DNA of 59,901 nt, the filler included, from Sphacelaria rigidula (lineage: Eukaryota): assembly GCA_964200075.2 (NCBI GenBank). It is 4 parts of 4 records of this genome, joined end to end, with 100 filler letters (N's around TTAATTAATTAA, not from the genome) between each part and the next. Parts side by side here need not be neighbours in the genome. Positions count along the whole stretch, not along the records: positions 1 to 14,904 come from CAXNAA020001996.1; positions 15,005 to 29,905 come from CAXNAA020001997.1; 2 more parts are not named here. One strand, given 5' to 3'. Positions 11,760-24,205 of this stretch are shown piece after piece. A program made the translations under genes and the position numbers. Each line of letters starts with the position of its first letter. Positions within the stretch are counted from its first letter, which is position 1. Under the pieces are notes generated by a model. The model saw only the letters and a program-made list of their open reading frames with translations. It searched no databases and had not been told where the DNA came from.

Positions 11760-12180
11760 CAGAAGATTCTGATAAATGGGGTTGAACATAGAAATGAGGC
11801 CCAACTCCAAAACAGTGCGATTCCTGACCTCAAGGGATGGCAAATGACTTTCATATGGACGACCTCATCCCCCCAGACCTCCTCGAAACTATGTTGGTGG
11901 GTTTCCCGTCTTCCATTCCCGCAATGGTATGTGCGAAAGCACATTTTTGCCTAGATTCGAGTGAAAAAAGGGAGGCTTTTTGGCTCGAAAATGATTCTTT
12001 CGAACATACCCTTTGGGGGAACGGAAGACGGAAAACCCTCCGAAATAGTTTTAGGGGGTTGGAGAAGGGTGCGTTCGTTCAAATGAAAGTAATTATTTAT
12101 GACTCTAGGTCAGGGAAAGCACTGTTTTGCAGTTGAAGCTCACCTTTCTGTTCAGCCGCATTTCTCAGAACCCTCCGCTA
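11760..12180. repeat. Long imperfect inverted repeat (foldback/MITE-like), arms about 190 bp
   Basis: AAAACAGTGC..CCTGACCT..ACTTTCAT..CCGTCTTCC in the left arm is mirrored by GGAAGACGG..ATGAAAGT..AGGTCAGG..GCACTGTTTT in the right arm. Confidence 0.75.
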
Positions 12181-14904
12181 TTTTATCTTTGCTTCGGTTA
12201 CACTAGCTATCATATTGGCTCCCCCTGATCTTGTTCTCTTTTCTATTTGCCATTCTCCATTCTCACTGGTACAACAAAACCCGCCTGGAAGCGCCAGGCC
12301 TCATCTCGGTACAGTATTTCGATCAACAGCTCGCGGAGCACGTGATTCGTGACCTACAGTGAGGAATTATTTGAGCTAGGTGTAGTACAGGTAGTACAAT
12401 AATATCCGTACTGTCTACATACAGGAGGATGCAAAGTAGAGTTGATCACGGGTCAATACGGACAGTACAACTCTGCCTGCAGACTAGGATGGAGACGACA
12501 GTTGCGAAGAGTAGTACAGCCGTCTACGCAGAGGAGATCATGAGTGATGGTGACCCCACAGTTACTGACCAGAGGCCATTGCTTGCCTATATTTACTGAG
12601 GCGATATGTATTGCGAAGTGTGTACGGTGAACCACTGAGGGTAGCCTTCGGAGAATACAGGACAAGGAACCGCGCGTTCTCCTCCGTTCCCGCTGTTATC
12701 CAGTCGACGTTGCACTGGGGACTGCCATCAAGCAGTCGCGCACAAGCCCGAAGTTGCAACTATGGGCAAAGGTCATTTTGCATGTTTGATAAAAAAAAGT
12801 CGCAAATGTGCTCAGCTTCTCCGTACCAATAGGAGCTGCCAGATCACTTCATTCAAATAGGACGTGAAAGCGCGATCTGCGTATACATTGGAGTTAGTGT
12901 ATTTCCACAACCCATACTCACCCCCGATAACACCCCCTTCCGCAGAACCTCGGCGTCCGGAACCCCTCACCCGTGGGCCTATTTGAGACTCCCGACGCTC
13001 TCGGGGTCAACGGTTTCCATATTTTTACCTTCGGTACGGATATCTTGGAAGGACGACTTGATTCATAGGGGATCATATATATTCTTGACGATCAATATGA
13101 TTCGTGCTGTAACATAACACGCTCGTGACCGCCCTTCCTCCAATGATGAGCGGATTTCAGTCAATGACTGCCATGCTTAGACAAGCGACGGCTAGCGGTG
13201 GAGCTAATGCGCGTGAGTGGTGGATGTCCAGATGATGTTTCGGGACTCAAGTGTAGATCTTATCTTGTCTTGTTGCGTCTTTCTCGGAGAAACACAGATA
13301 TTTGACCAACGATTACTTCGGGAACCGCTGCATTCTTTTTCACCCGATATGGACGCAAAAACAAGCTGTCGATAAGACTCGAACTGCCCGTGAGTCTACT
13401 CTATTTTCACGCAAGATTTGGGGGGAAACGATTAGCCTGTTTCGATAGGGACCCGCCCGACTATTTCGCACAGTTCGACGCGAGTGATTGAGAGGCGATA
13501 AGCCATTGTTTCAACACAGAGCCGGGGGAGCAAGATTGCGCGCGTTGAAGAACAACTTCAGTAGTAGGAGAAACGGTGTCGAGGATGGGCTCTAACGAGA
13601 ACAGCGGGAGGCTTTCGTGTAAGATTGTGTGGAGAGATCGCTTCGACGACGAGTGAGATCTGACATCAAGGGTATGGTATGGACAACACAGCCTGTCAGC
13701 GACGTACTGCCGCACCGTGACCCACAAAACGACGAGACATGACGTAGAAAAGACGGGGGGGAAACATGTCGCCGAAACCGAACAGGTTTTTCTCGTGTTA
13801 TCCCGATAAAACCACATCCGCAGCAAAATACAACTCAAAAAGAGGACATTATTAAGCATGTCAAGAATTGGGGAGAGTGAAACCATGCCGTTGTGCCCAC
13901 CCTCGCTCGCTTGAGTTAGGTAGGCCTTCATATCACTGTAGATATATTGTCCATAATATCAGACGAGCCCCATGAGAACCAGCGCCCCCGCCGGCCATCG
14001 CCCCAACATTTAGACCACACTCGAGTAATATCCGATGGACTAGAGCACATCACTGGGGAGAGAGGACGCTCGTGACGTGCTTGCTCGGGTACATGATGTA
14101 TAACACCCGTGAACATGAAATCCCCATCAAGTTAGTCATGAAACATTTGATCTGCCTCAACGAATCGATATATTTACATTTGTAGGTGACCGATAACCAA
14201 AGTCTCCGACTTTGAAAAGGGTATCATACGTTACAGTTAACCACAATACATTATCAAAGCAGTGCGACGAAAAAAAAACATCGCATACATAGCAACAGGT
14301 GGCTCAAAGACTTTGAGCACCTACCATATCAGCCCACACGAGGTACGAGGTTTGCAATTGTGATACTCACAACTTCCCCGCTGGACCATACGGGAGAATC
14401 GTGGACATTCACTGAGGAGGCATGCGTACATGATATAAGTTTGCAATCGATTGCATTGGCATGTAAGTAAAACATACTTGCACGTGCAAGTGACTATTTC
14501 GCAATCAAGTCGTCAAATTCGGAAGCTGGCATGTTCTTTGTTTTCGAATATTCAAGTGGGGGGAATCCCACTGTCCCACACTCACTCGCTGCGTCACCAA
14601 CAACTACACAGCCGTTGTGATGTGAACTCCAGCGGATGGTGCTAACGGCATCATGTACACACGTACTTTCGCTGAAATCCAGGCACGCGTTGCTGCAGCA
14701 AGTAAGTAAATTCACGGCATGTACTTGCTAAAAGCTTTGTGCGCAAGAATGTTTCGGCAACAAAAATTCGGATATGAACAACTACAACTACGAATCGGCG
14801 AACGACTGACAGTAAAAGGTCGTCTCACCCCAGAAGACTTCGGGAGGGGGCGTACTCATTTGTTGGTTGCCTTAGTCGTCTGGCCATTGACCACGCATCC
14901 CTTT

Positions 14905-15004
14905 NNNNNNNNNNNNNNNNNNNNNNNNNNNNNNNNNNNNNNNNNNNNTTAATTAATTAANNNNNNNNNNNNNNNNNNNNNNNNNNNNNNNNNNNNNNNN
15001 NNNN
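14905..15004. other. Artificial contig-joining linker
   Basis: N44-TTAATTAATTAA-N44, which gives stops in all six frames. Confidence 0.98.
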
Positions 15005-15658
15005 TCTGGTATCGCCACTTCCAAAGGGGAGGGGGGGGTTCTATCGTTGAAAGTGCCGATAGCTGGTTGCCGACTTCATGAAGCCCCTCATATGGGCGAC
15101 ATTGACGAAAACGATCCAGGGCATGGAAGTTCCCAGCTGCTCGGTGTGCTCGGGTTCTGTCATTTTGGTTAGAATTTACCTTCTCCATCCAGCGATTTTT
15201 TTTTTTCGGGGGGAGGGGAGCTGTCGCGGCATCACTCGACGATACCTACTGCAACAATTCGCGCACCTCGGCCTTTACGTTTCTTACTTCCTTTCGATGT
15301 TCATGTTCCGATGTTCACAATACTCGTGGCAGATATGATGCAGAATTTGCACCACTGAAAAAGGTACTGTGTACGCACTACTGCAGGAGATTTGGGACAT
15401 ATCCCGTCGCGGAGGCTTTCGGGTAAAAAAATTGGGATCTGTTTTGGAATGAAAATCCGACCACAGCGCAGCGCAGCGCGACGCAACGCAACGCAGCGTT
15501 GAGTGATTGATTGATGATTGATGACTGAATGACTGATGATTTTGTTGTTGATGATTGATACTGTATGATGGACTCACTGATTGATTGGTTGACTTGTCGC
15601 GCATTTCCCGATCTGCTACGAACCCAGCCGCAGTCACACAAGATGGACGTCATGCATG

Positions 15659-15724
15659 CATACATACATACATACATACATACATACATACATACATACA
15701 TACATACATACATACATACATACA
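15659..15724. repeat. (TACA)n microsatellite
   Basis: Directly visible in the sequence. Confidence 0.97.
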
Positions 15725-17029
15725 GGTGTGACGTTAGTGTTAACGAATAGTATATTATTAACGGGACTTTTTTTTGTCAGACTTCTCACTTACTTGAGCG
15801 AAAACATCGAGTTCTCTTTTTGTTGTCCTCACACCTCTCCAAAAAGTATCCCCGATGCTAGATTTTCGGAGTTGGTCTTCAATACGCGGCTACTTTCTGC
15901 ACCTGCAACCGTTTTCGTGTGTTTCCTTTCCATCTTCACTTCACGTCACTACGCCTGCTCTATTTTTTTGCCTTCTTCTTCATCTTTCACCGTTATCGAC
16001 TTCCCTCGAGCGAGTTCCCGTGTATTTGTTTCTCTAATACTACCGGTATATCTAATCCATCACCGCGACTAGATTCCTCCGCGATCAGTTGATGTATGCC
16101 AATAGAGAGTCTCGGAAAACGTTCTTGTGTCATTTCAGGGTGAAAATATTTCAGGATCAGAGGGCAGAAAGAATAAAAACACCTCACCCGAAGAAACGTT
16201 AAGGGGATACCGCATCTGACGGAGGGGGATATAATTTTTCGTTACACTCTGATCCTGCGATATCTACACCCTAAAATGACAAAGAAGCGCTTTCCGGAAC
16301 CCTCTGATCAATTAATTAATCTATCAATCAATACCACCACCCCCTTCCACCCCGTGTGATGAGTTGTCGGGAAGTCCAAGACTCACAGTCAGCCGGGGGG
16401 TGGTGTTCACCGTACAGCATCTCACCACAGCTTCATCACCTACTGTACGGCCAAGGGGGTTTATATCATGTTGCACCAGAAGAACCATGTGCCCCAAAAC
16501 CCTCTGCAATCGGCAGAGCAGGGAGTGCGGGGTGTACTCATGATAGAGCAGGGAGTGTGGGGGTCGGAGTGGGGGATGCTACGTATTACCACGGGCTCCA
16601 CACCGCCTCATGGGTGTCTCATCAATTCAAACATTACGGAGTATGATCATCCCCCTCTGCGCGGATTCGAGGTTCTCCCACCCTGCACAATGATCTGACT
16701 CGGCCACCACCACGTTGACCGCAAAAAAAAACACAAGCGCACCATGAAACAGTAACCTGGTTGAGTGGCGTGTTGTACACCGTCATTGCCAATCCAACGC
16801 CAACCCTCAAAAAGGAAAGAAAAGGCAGGCGAAGGGAGGAGGGGCGGATCTCGGGAGAAAATTCACCATTTCCCTTGGCACCATACCGCGTTTTTGTTCC
16901 TTCAGTCTCTTCTACTTTTTTCTTGACCCTTTTGGAACTCGCGAAAAACAATACAACCTCCCATATGCGAGCGTTTGCCACCGGGAGAACGTCACTTCGA
17001 GTTGGGTGCATGAATCTGTCCACGGTTGG

Positions 17030-17257
17030 GACGAATCACCAAATTCACGATTTCTTCGGCCTGATTGCACAAAAGGGAGAAAAAAGTTGATCGCTGGTCC
17101 AAGTGGTATCCACGCAACTCTTGCGCCATTCCACGCGTCTGGACTGCGTGTACCTGGGTTGCAACGCTGAAACAAGGCCATGGGATTGGTTCGTACGAGT
17201 CGAATCAATTATACTAAAACCAAGTAATTTCCAGACGAATCATTATTTGTCCGACCC
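17030..17257 (+). repeat. Dispersed repeat, copy 1 (copy 2 at about 18560-18790)
   Basis: Shared CGAATCACCAA..GAGAAAAAAGTTGA..CAACGCTGAAA..ACTAAAA.CAAGT..TTCCAGACG..TATTTGT. Confidence 0.8.
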
Positions 17258-17639
17258 TTGAATATGTTGCATCAGTATACCTAAACTTGGAGCAGTGTAC
17301 CGTTTCGGTGGGCTGCATCATCAACAATTGCAGAGGGAAAATATATATATATATATATATATCTTGCCCAAGGAAACGTCAATTGTAAATCGTCATTTTT
17401 TTTCTCCAATCAACGATTTCAAAAGGATTAAAATCCTCCCTGTTCTGCCCGTTCTACCTTTTTTCTTTTTTTTCTTTCACTTTTTTTATGCAGCGAACGT
17501 CTCTGTTTTGTGTTCATACCGGGGGACGTCTATCATGTCGACAATGACCACGACTGGATCATGACTACCTGGAAGGATCAGCTGAGTTACGACAGTCAAG
17601 AACCACTCAAAATAGGAGGCGACCTAGAGTTGTGGTCGT

Positions 17640-17703
17640 ATATCTATGGTTGATTTTTCGAACAAACTAACAATAACGCTAACCCTAACCCTAACCCCGA
17701 CCC
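17640..17703 (+). repeat. Dispersed repeat carrying a telomere-like (TAACCC)n tract; second inverted copy at about 27918-27976
   Basis: ATCTATGGTT.ATTTTTCGAACAAAC.AAC...AAC.CT.ACCCTAACCC is present at both sites in opposite orientation. Confidence 0.75.
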
Positions 17704-18559
17704 AAGGCGTAGGACACCCTCGGGCACGGGGGGTCCGTAGGTTCCTCTCAGCAAAGTGTGCGTTGGCAGAGACCTCAAATCGACGCCGCGGGCGCCGATG
17801 CCGACAAAAACGCGTTCTGGACGAGCTGGGTCCACTACTCACCTGTCCCAACCATGAATTTTCTCAGAACTTCAAGTTTAAAATCAAGTAGTCATATTAT
17901 CAACCATAGATACACGACCAAAACTCTAGGTGTACTGCAAAATAGACACGTCACATCGGAGGTTCTTCTCGTTTGAGCAAAACATTCAAAGCCAAAAATC
18001 GCGCATACATCAATTTCAGGGCGGTGTTGGCCCTTCTCTCGTATTTTGCACGTTGTGAGACGGAAGGGGAAGGCAGGGGGAAGGCAAGCAACAAAACTGT
18101 GCTCCGGTATCTTTCCAACTTCTAGCTCGGAAAACAGTCGCGTTATTCCTTTTGGATCACGTGAAAAAGCGAAAAGAACACGTGTCAACGACGAGCATGG
18201 GGTCGAGACTTACCCTCGGCTATTGCAGGGCGTTGCGGGTGTACTAAACCAAGAATTGCTGTGCATACGCTGAATTTTAGCCTGCGAATGTTTTTTTACG
18301 AAAAAAACAAAACAAAAAAAATCGACCACATGAAAAGCAATCAAGAGTATTATTTTTTCTTTCTTTCACAACATGAGCATGACATTGTTGCAGTACAACA
18401 GTAAAACTAAACATTGTGCGCCAGGATAAGACGGTACTAAGCTGTATGTACACTGCACTAACACGCTTCCCCGTGCTCTATTTCATCTGTGTACAACAGG
18501 GAGAAACTTGCGGTACGTTTATAGCGTGATTGTTGCAAGGATCGGACGACTCGCCGCCT

Positions 18560-18790
18560 GCTCGAATCACCAAGTATACGGATTCTGAGGTCTGCTTTCT
18601 CAAAAGAGAAAAAAGTTGACCCCGGATGACAACATTCTCCACGCGAATTTTGCCTAATTTCACGAACGCGGGGTGCGCGTGCTTGGGTTCCAACGCTGAA
18701 AAACAAAGCCCAAGGATTGATCCACACAGTACGAATCCACTACACTAAAATCAAGTGACTTCCAGACGGATTGCTATTTGTCTCAACCCT
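18560..18790 (+). repeat. Dispersed repeat, copy 2
   Basis: Aligns with 17030-17257. Confidence 0.8.
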
Positions 18791-18927
18791 AGGATTGTTG
18801 TGTGCGAAGCCGATACTTTGGTCTTCGGTCGTGGCAGTCTCGTCGAAAAACAGAATCTCCTTGCGGAGGGGGTCTGCAACGTGAGAACCTTTGCTTTAGG
18901 CTGTTCATCGTCACAGTTAAATATATA

Positions 18928-19435
18928 CTTCCTCTATCCCATATGTAAAGGTACCTAAATTTGCACGGGCCCTTAACAACGTCCGATCGTTTTCCTTTCA
19001 ATGAACTCTACGGTGTTTTTCGGGTAAAGGAAATGTGTTTAAAATTTGCACCTCGTGCTTTAACCACGCCGCCGAACGGCTGCAAAAAAAGTTGTCGGCC
19101 CCAAAATGGCCGTTTTTTTGCCTCTTTCCGACGGGAAAAAAAGTGTCGGAAAAAAAAAAACGCGTGGGACTTCCTGGCAGCAAGCCTCAGTGAAGGCGGG
19201 GGCGATTAAAATTAAAATAAATCGACACTTTTTCCCCTCGGAAAGAGGCAGAAAACGGCAATTTTTGGGCCGACTACTTTTTTTGCAACCGTTCGGCGGC
19301 ACGGTTTAAGCACGAGCTGCAAATTATAAACACATTTTCTTCACCCAAAAACACCGTAGAGTTTATTAAAAAAAAAACGGACACCGTTAAGGGCCCGTAC
19401 AAATTTAGGTACCTTTACTTATGGGACAGAGGAAG
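18928..19435. mobile_element. Stowaway-like MITE (Tc1/mariner) with about 220-bp TIRs, in Nup62 intron 2
   Basis: TA|CTTCCTCTATCCCATATGTAAAGGTACC ... GGTACCTTTACTTATGGGACAGAGGAAG|TA. The terminus resembles Stowaway CTCCCTCCGTCCC, the TSD is TA, and the arms are complementary over about 220 bp. Confidence 0.88.
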
Positions 19436-19489
19436 TAGATGTATATATGAAAAGGAGATTGGCAAAACCGACACAACTAAATAACTAAC

Positions 19490-19574
19490 CTTGACGGCTT
19501 CATTCGTGAAGGTGGTCGCATCCTGTTCCAATTGTACATTCCAGCTATTCACGATCTCCTCCACGGTCATATTC
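19490..19574 (-). CDS. NUP62: Nucleoporin Nup62/Nsp1, exon 2 (start of the Nsp1_C coiled coil)
   Basis: CAG|G acceptor and AAG|GTTAGT donor. The spliced product PAQEYMNMTVEEIVNSWNVQLEQDATTFTNEAVK matches the Nsp1_C pattern t.eeI.n.W..eLe.....F...a. Later exons were not located. Confidence 0.85.
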
Positions 19575-19595
19575 CTGTACCGAGAGGAACACCAG

Positions 19596-19600
<5 letters not shown>

Positions 19601-19650
<50 letters not shown>

Positions 19651-19657
19651 CGCACAC
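19601..19657. repeat. (CA)n microsatellite in Nup62 intron 1
   Basis: Directly visible in the sequence. Confidence 0.97.
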
Positions 19658-19873
19658 AATCAGCAACACAAGAGTGAAGAAAAAAAACAAAAAGGGGGAG
19701 ATGGACGAGAGACAACCAAACAAGGCCGATTTTGAAACAACACAAAACGAAACATCTTTCGCCGGGGGCGTTTGCTTCTTCTCCACCACCGACTTCATAA
19801 ATTCCTCAGGAATCTCTGCAGCCGGACGTGAATAAAACAGGGCAACTGTGAAGAAAAATATAGGACAGCTCAC

Positions 19874-20805
19874 ATGTACTCCTGGGCTGGCTGCGCCTGC
19901 GGCGGCGCGGCGCCCCCTCCGCCCGCAACTGCAAGCACGCCCCCACCCGCGCCGGGCGCCGCCGCTACTGCCCCTGTCGCCCCGGCCAGCACCAACGCAC
20001 CCCCAGCAGCTGGCGTCTTTGCTGTGTCAGTGGTAGCGGTGGTCGAAACCGTGCTGGGCACCAAGCTAGAACTACCGCTTCCGGCTGCCCCCGACGTTGA
20101 ACTCCCGGCCGCCGCCGGCGCTCCTCCGAAGGAAAACCCGCCCGAAGCTGCCGCAGCAGGTGCAGCGGAAGAGGTTGAAGTCGCGCTAGGCACCGAGCTT
20201 GGGCCACCGAACGAAAGTCCAGGCGTGGCAGCAGCAGGAGCAGCAGGAGCAGGAGCGGCGGCCGGGGCCGGGTTTGAGGCCCCCCCGCTGGATGGCGTAG
20301 CACCGAAAGAGAACCCGCCGCTTGCTGCGGCGGGGGTGGGTGCCGACGCAGCGGCTGAAGTAGCCGGAGCACCTCCGAATGAAAAACTATTTGGGGCGGG
20401 AGCAGCAGGCGCAGGGGCGGGTGTCGGCGCAGCGGCCGCAGGCGCGGGGGCACCCGCGAAGGAAAAGCCAGAGGGTGCTGGGGCCTTAGCGGCTTGAGTT
20501 GGGTCAGGTGCCGCCGATGTTTTTGTTGATGTTGCGACGCTCGCGAATGAGAAGGCGGAAGCGGGGGCGGCGGGGGGCGGCGCGGCGGCAGCGGTGGAGG
20601 GTAGAGCGCCAAAGAGACCGCCTCCTGTTGGTGCCGCCGTCGGAGCCGCCGCCGCTGGAGCCGCCGCCGTACCACCGAAGGAGAAAGATGTGGCTGGTGC
20701 GGGTGCAGCTGAGGACGTAGCTGGCGCTGGTGCCGGCGCCGCCCCAAAGCTGAAACCCTTCTTGTCACCGCCGCTCGCCGCCCCCGCGGAGAAATTGAAT
20801 GCCAT
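19874..20805 (-). CDS. NUP62: Nucleoporin Nup62/Nsp1, exon 1 (FxFG repeat domain)
   Basis: ATG at 20805, many FSFG/FSFA repeats in an Ala/Pro/Ser/Thr-rich matrix, and a donor AT|GTGAG at 19873 whose phase fits exon 2. Confidence 0.88.
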
Positions 20806-23800
20806 ACTACTGTCTGTGCAGTAAATGCGCTATGCTGGCTGGGAGTTCGTTGGGCTTGCTCTGTCTCGGTGTTGTGTCCGGGATGCCGCTGCCAATGGAG
20901 AAGGCGCGCAACGGAAAGACGACCATAAAAGAAAGCAAAAGAAAAAAACTGCCATTTTCCCTTTTTCTCCTCTTCGAATAGTGTCAAGGGAGACAACAAT
21001 CTCACTACATGTGAACGTGCAGTAGCCATCAGTAGTGCATCGGAGAGGATATACACTCAAAGACCCAGCACTTGCACCTTGGACTCGCCGTAAGCTGATC
21101 TTGATTCTTGCATGCACCTGTGCTCTCACTGTTGAGGGATCTTCACGCTGTATTGTCAGCGTTTGCCGGGCACTGGTACGCAGAGATCCCCCATTCTATT
21201 GAATAAAGTAACGCTTGTACCGAGAGATGAAACCAGCTCGCGGCAGGTACAACAGTGCCCTGTTTCCCACCCCCTCTCCCACGGGTTCCTATTTCAGGTA
21301 CGGTACTTGCTCTGTCCTGTAGAGCAGGGCTTGCTAGTCCGTCCACTCTACGAACATGTGAACTCCGTGCCTGCACGTCGTAGCATTTTCCGGGCGATAT
21401 AGAGCCTTGCAACAGCGGCACTTTGCTATGCTCAGCAGCGCAACGTAGGTGACGGTGTACACGACCTTCGGGTGATGCGTTTTTTGGGGGGGGTGGGGGT
21501 GATATACGACGTAGGCGATACAGTACATTGACGGTGTTGTACTGCCCTAGAATATAGAAGGGAAGACAACACTGCAAAGTACGGGCATGAACTCTGAACA
21601 TAATTGTTGGCCATTAATAGGACGCGTTTTCACTGTACCCTGCCACATTTCGATGCTACACATACGAAGCATGCTGTCAAAAGTGCTGGTCGGCTCCACT
21701 AGATCTACGCCTTACTTGTCTATACCTGACCTCAGCGAAACAGCTTCAAAAACGTGCTCGCGCTTGTTGGCATCAAGGTGGACACAGCAGAAAGTAGTGT
21801 GCCCTGCCAGTGGTGTAGCTATAAGACACAGGACATTAGCACAAGTATCAACGCTTGCGTTCCCAGTTCCTCCTTGTGTGCATATCTAGGAGCAACCGTC
21901 GCAACAGCTGACGCCCCGCCTACCCCAGCATGATTCGCACATATTTACAGGGCACACCAGTACAGTAACGGTACACCATTTTCAAATAACGACGGTCGAG
22001 TTCGAACTCGTTTCTTGGATCTGATTCAATTATCCTCACCTTGGATGGACAAGAAAGTTGCGAGGAATAGGGGAAACGATACCAGTGTGGCACGTGCTAT
22101 AAATTCTCTCTAATGGTCTCGTTCACCACCACAGGGTGTTTAGGTTGCTACCAGGGTACTACAGCCTATGTTTCGCCGCCGAGCCATTAGCATCTTGTTC
22201 AGACCGGCGATCATAGAGAGATAAATAAGTTCGAGAATAAGTTTGATTCGATGTGGGTAAACAGACTTCGAATATTCATCATGCTTTACTTTGGCGTCTC
22301 GTATACGCCAATGACTAAAAGCAGAAACCATGGGTGTAGATCTCTTTTCTTCTTCTCGTGGTGGCTAGGTATAATGAATTCATAAAATGGATGATGACCG
22401 ACATTACCGTCCGTCGCGATACCTTACATCCATTGCACGTCGTGAAAATAATAAAATACATTGTACTCTTGTTTCAGTACCCACGACCGGTCAAGGAGCA
22501 AAGAGGCGTGCATCTGTTTGCCATGTACATTTCTACATCATTGTTTTTATACGGATCTTGAGAGAGCGGCATTTCTATTGCTCATAATAATAAGAGAATC
22601 GGAAGCGTTCGTCAGCGAAGCATCCGTTGTTGGGCCCCGACCACAATTCTGCATCACAGCTAGGGGCCACGGGCGTGCTGAGTGGACTTCTGTATATTTT
22701 GGGGCACAGACACGGCGTATGCACACACTGCGGTGAGCGCATTGTATAAATCGTGTCGGGACATCTCAAATCTGCCCGCGGTATCTTTTTTGCACTCTCA
22801 CCGCATGTGGTCTCTCAATTCGCACACACGCGGACGCACCGCGTAGTATTATGTGCCAGATTAACACAGTCGTGCTTTGTGTTTTGAAACTGTGTAAGTT
22901 GAGGATTGACTCTCGTGTGAAGTTTGGCGGGGGTGCTTACGTTTTCTCCCAGGTAGCCGCCGAGGGCCAAGCCCCTGTTCTGTATGTGGTGGATAGTGTG
23001 GCATGTTCATCTATTGTAGCATCTGAATCCGATGGGAGATACTCAGCCCCACTCGGGTGCAACTGAGCTTTCACCTCGGCAAATGACGTCCATGTGTTAC
23101 CAGCACCAACATAGGGTCATGGGTGGTTTACAGACCGTACAGTATACAGTTAGAACCTGTCGCCAATTTTTCTTGCTTGTGGCACCACCACCTCAGACCC
23201 ATTTGTTTGCCGTTTCAAGATTGAATTTTGGATTTTCATCGATGTTTTCGATGTTTTCCGTAATGACCCGCAAATGAAGATCATCCCTTTGACCGCCGGG
23301 GTAGCAGGTCGTCTGGCCAAGGAGTATTTTTCAAGTGAAACTGATGCTGATCAACACAGGACTAATGCTCGCGGTCAAAAGTTTAGTCACCCCATTCCTA
23401 CTCTACAGCCTGCGACGAAAACAGCCAAAACATTACCGTTGCTAATGCTCGGATGCTTTCATTTCATAATTACACTTTGACGCAACGGGTACTTGGCCAT
23501 CTCACGCGCGTCCCCCGCCCTCTCCCATCTCCGAGCCTGTGCTTCCAAGAGTCAGTCGGGGACGTAAGAAGGTCCGTGCACACAGACAGTAGTTCATATG
23601 ACCAGTTTTCTACATGATCGCCTGGGGGCTAAATTGTCAGAAACCTCGATGAATCGCAAAAACCAATGAAGATTCAAGATTTATATAGGACGCATCGACA
23701 TGTGTCACCCATGTTGTTATGCACCGTGTACAAATGAGGGCTATATGCCAATGGACATGTGGGCGTCGCTTAGATAGTGTCCGATTACGTGCTCCCGCAG

Positions 23801-23944
23801 TGCTTTCGCGCAACAGGCCATGCTAACATCTGCGCGACCTTGGCATTCTTCCCTCGTTCATGGTTTGCTGTGCGTACGCGTGGTTCATCTATGATGGAAC
23901 AGTAAGATAGCGCCGCTGGAGACGGTCAACCGGTCGATGCTTCG

Positions 23945-24205
23945 ATGACTCATCGTCCAAGCAGCACAAAGATGCCCGTGTCAAGCAGGCTTGCCATCGC
24001 GACCATTGCTGCCGGATATCTGATGCGTTACATCGCTGTCGGCGAGAGTATTTCGTGTGCCGAAAAACCCCGGCGACAGTTCGTAGTCAGGAGCACAGCG
24101 GACGTGTCACGGCTAGCGCATGAAGCGGCTAAAGATGAGGGCGGTGACGGCGCCAACTTGCATGCTGTGTGGGTGGGTGGGATATCTGTTCAATATACGA
24201 TCAAG
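23945..24205 (+). CDS. Pmp/adhesin-like (parallel beta-helix) protein, exon 1 with probable signal peptide
   Basis: Hydrophobic N-terminus (alternative ATG at 23972), then FVVRSTADVSRLAHEA..GG..VWVGGISVQYTIK and donor AAG|GTACGT. It joins in phase 0 to VAPSTCLTIHG, restoring the W.G...V..TI.V...T.L.I.G motif of brown-algal Pmp-like proteins. Confidence 0.65.

Noticed and set aside
14949-14960. TTAATTAATTAA as a biological palindrome or piggyBac site
   Set aside because: It sits inside N-runs and is repeated identically three times, so it is an artificial linker.
19874-21056. Overlapping ORFs 19874-20497(+) and 19965-21056(-)
   Set aside because: These are shadow frames of the GC-rich Nup62 FG exon.
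21990-22050. tRNA or SINE suggested by the B-box-like GAGTTCGAACTC
   Set aside because: No cloverleaf or A box could be built.
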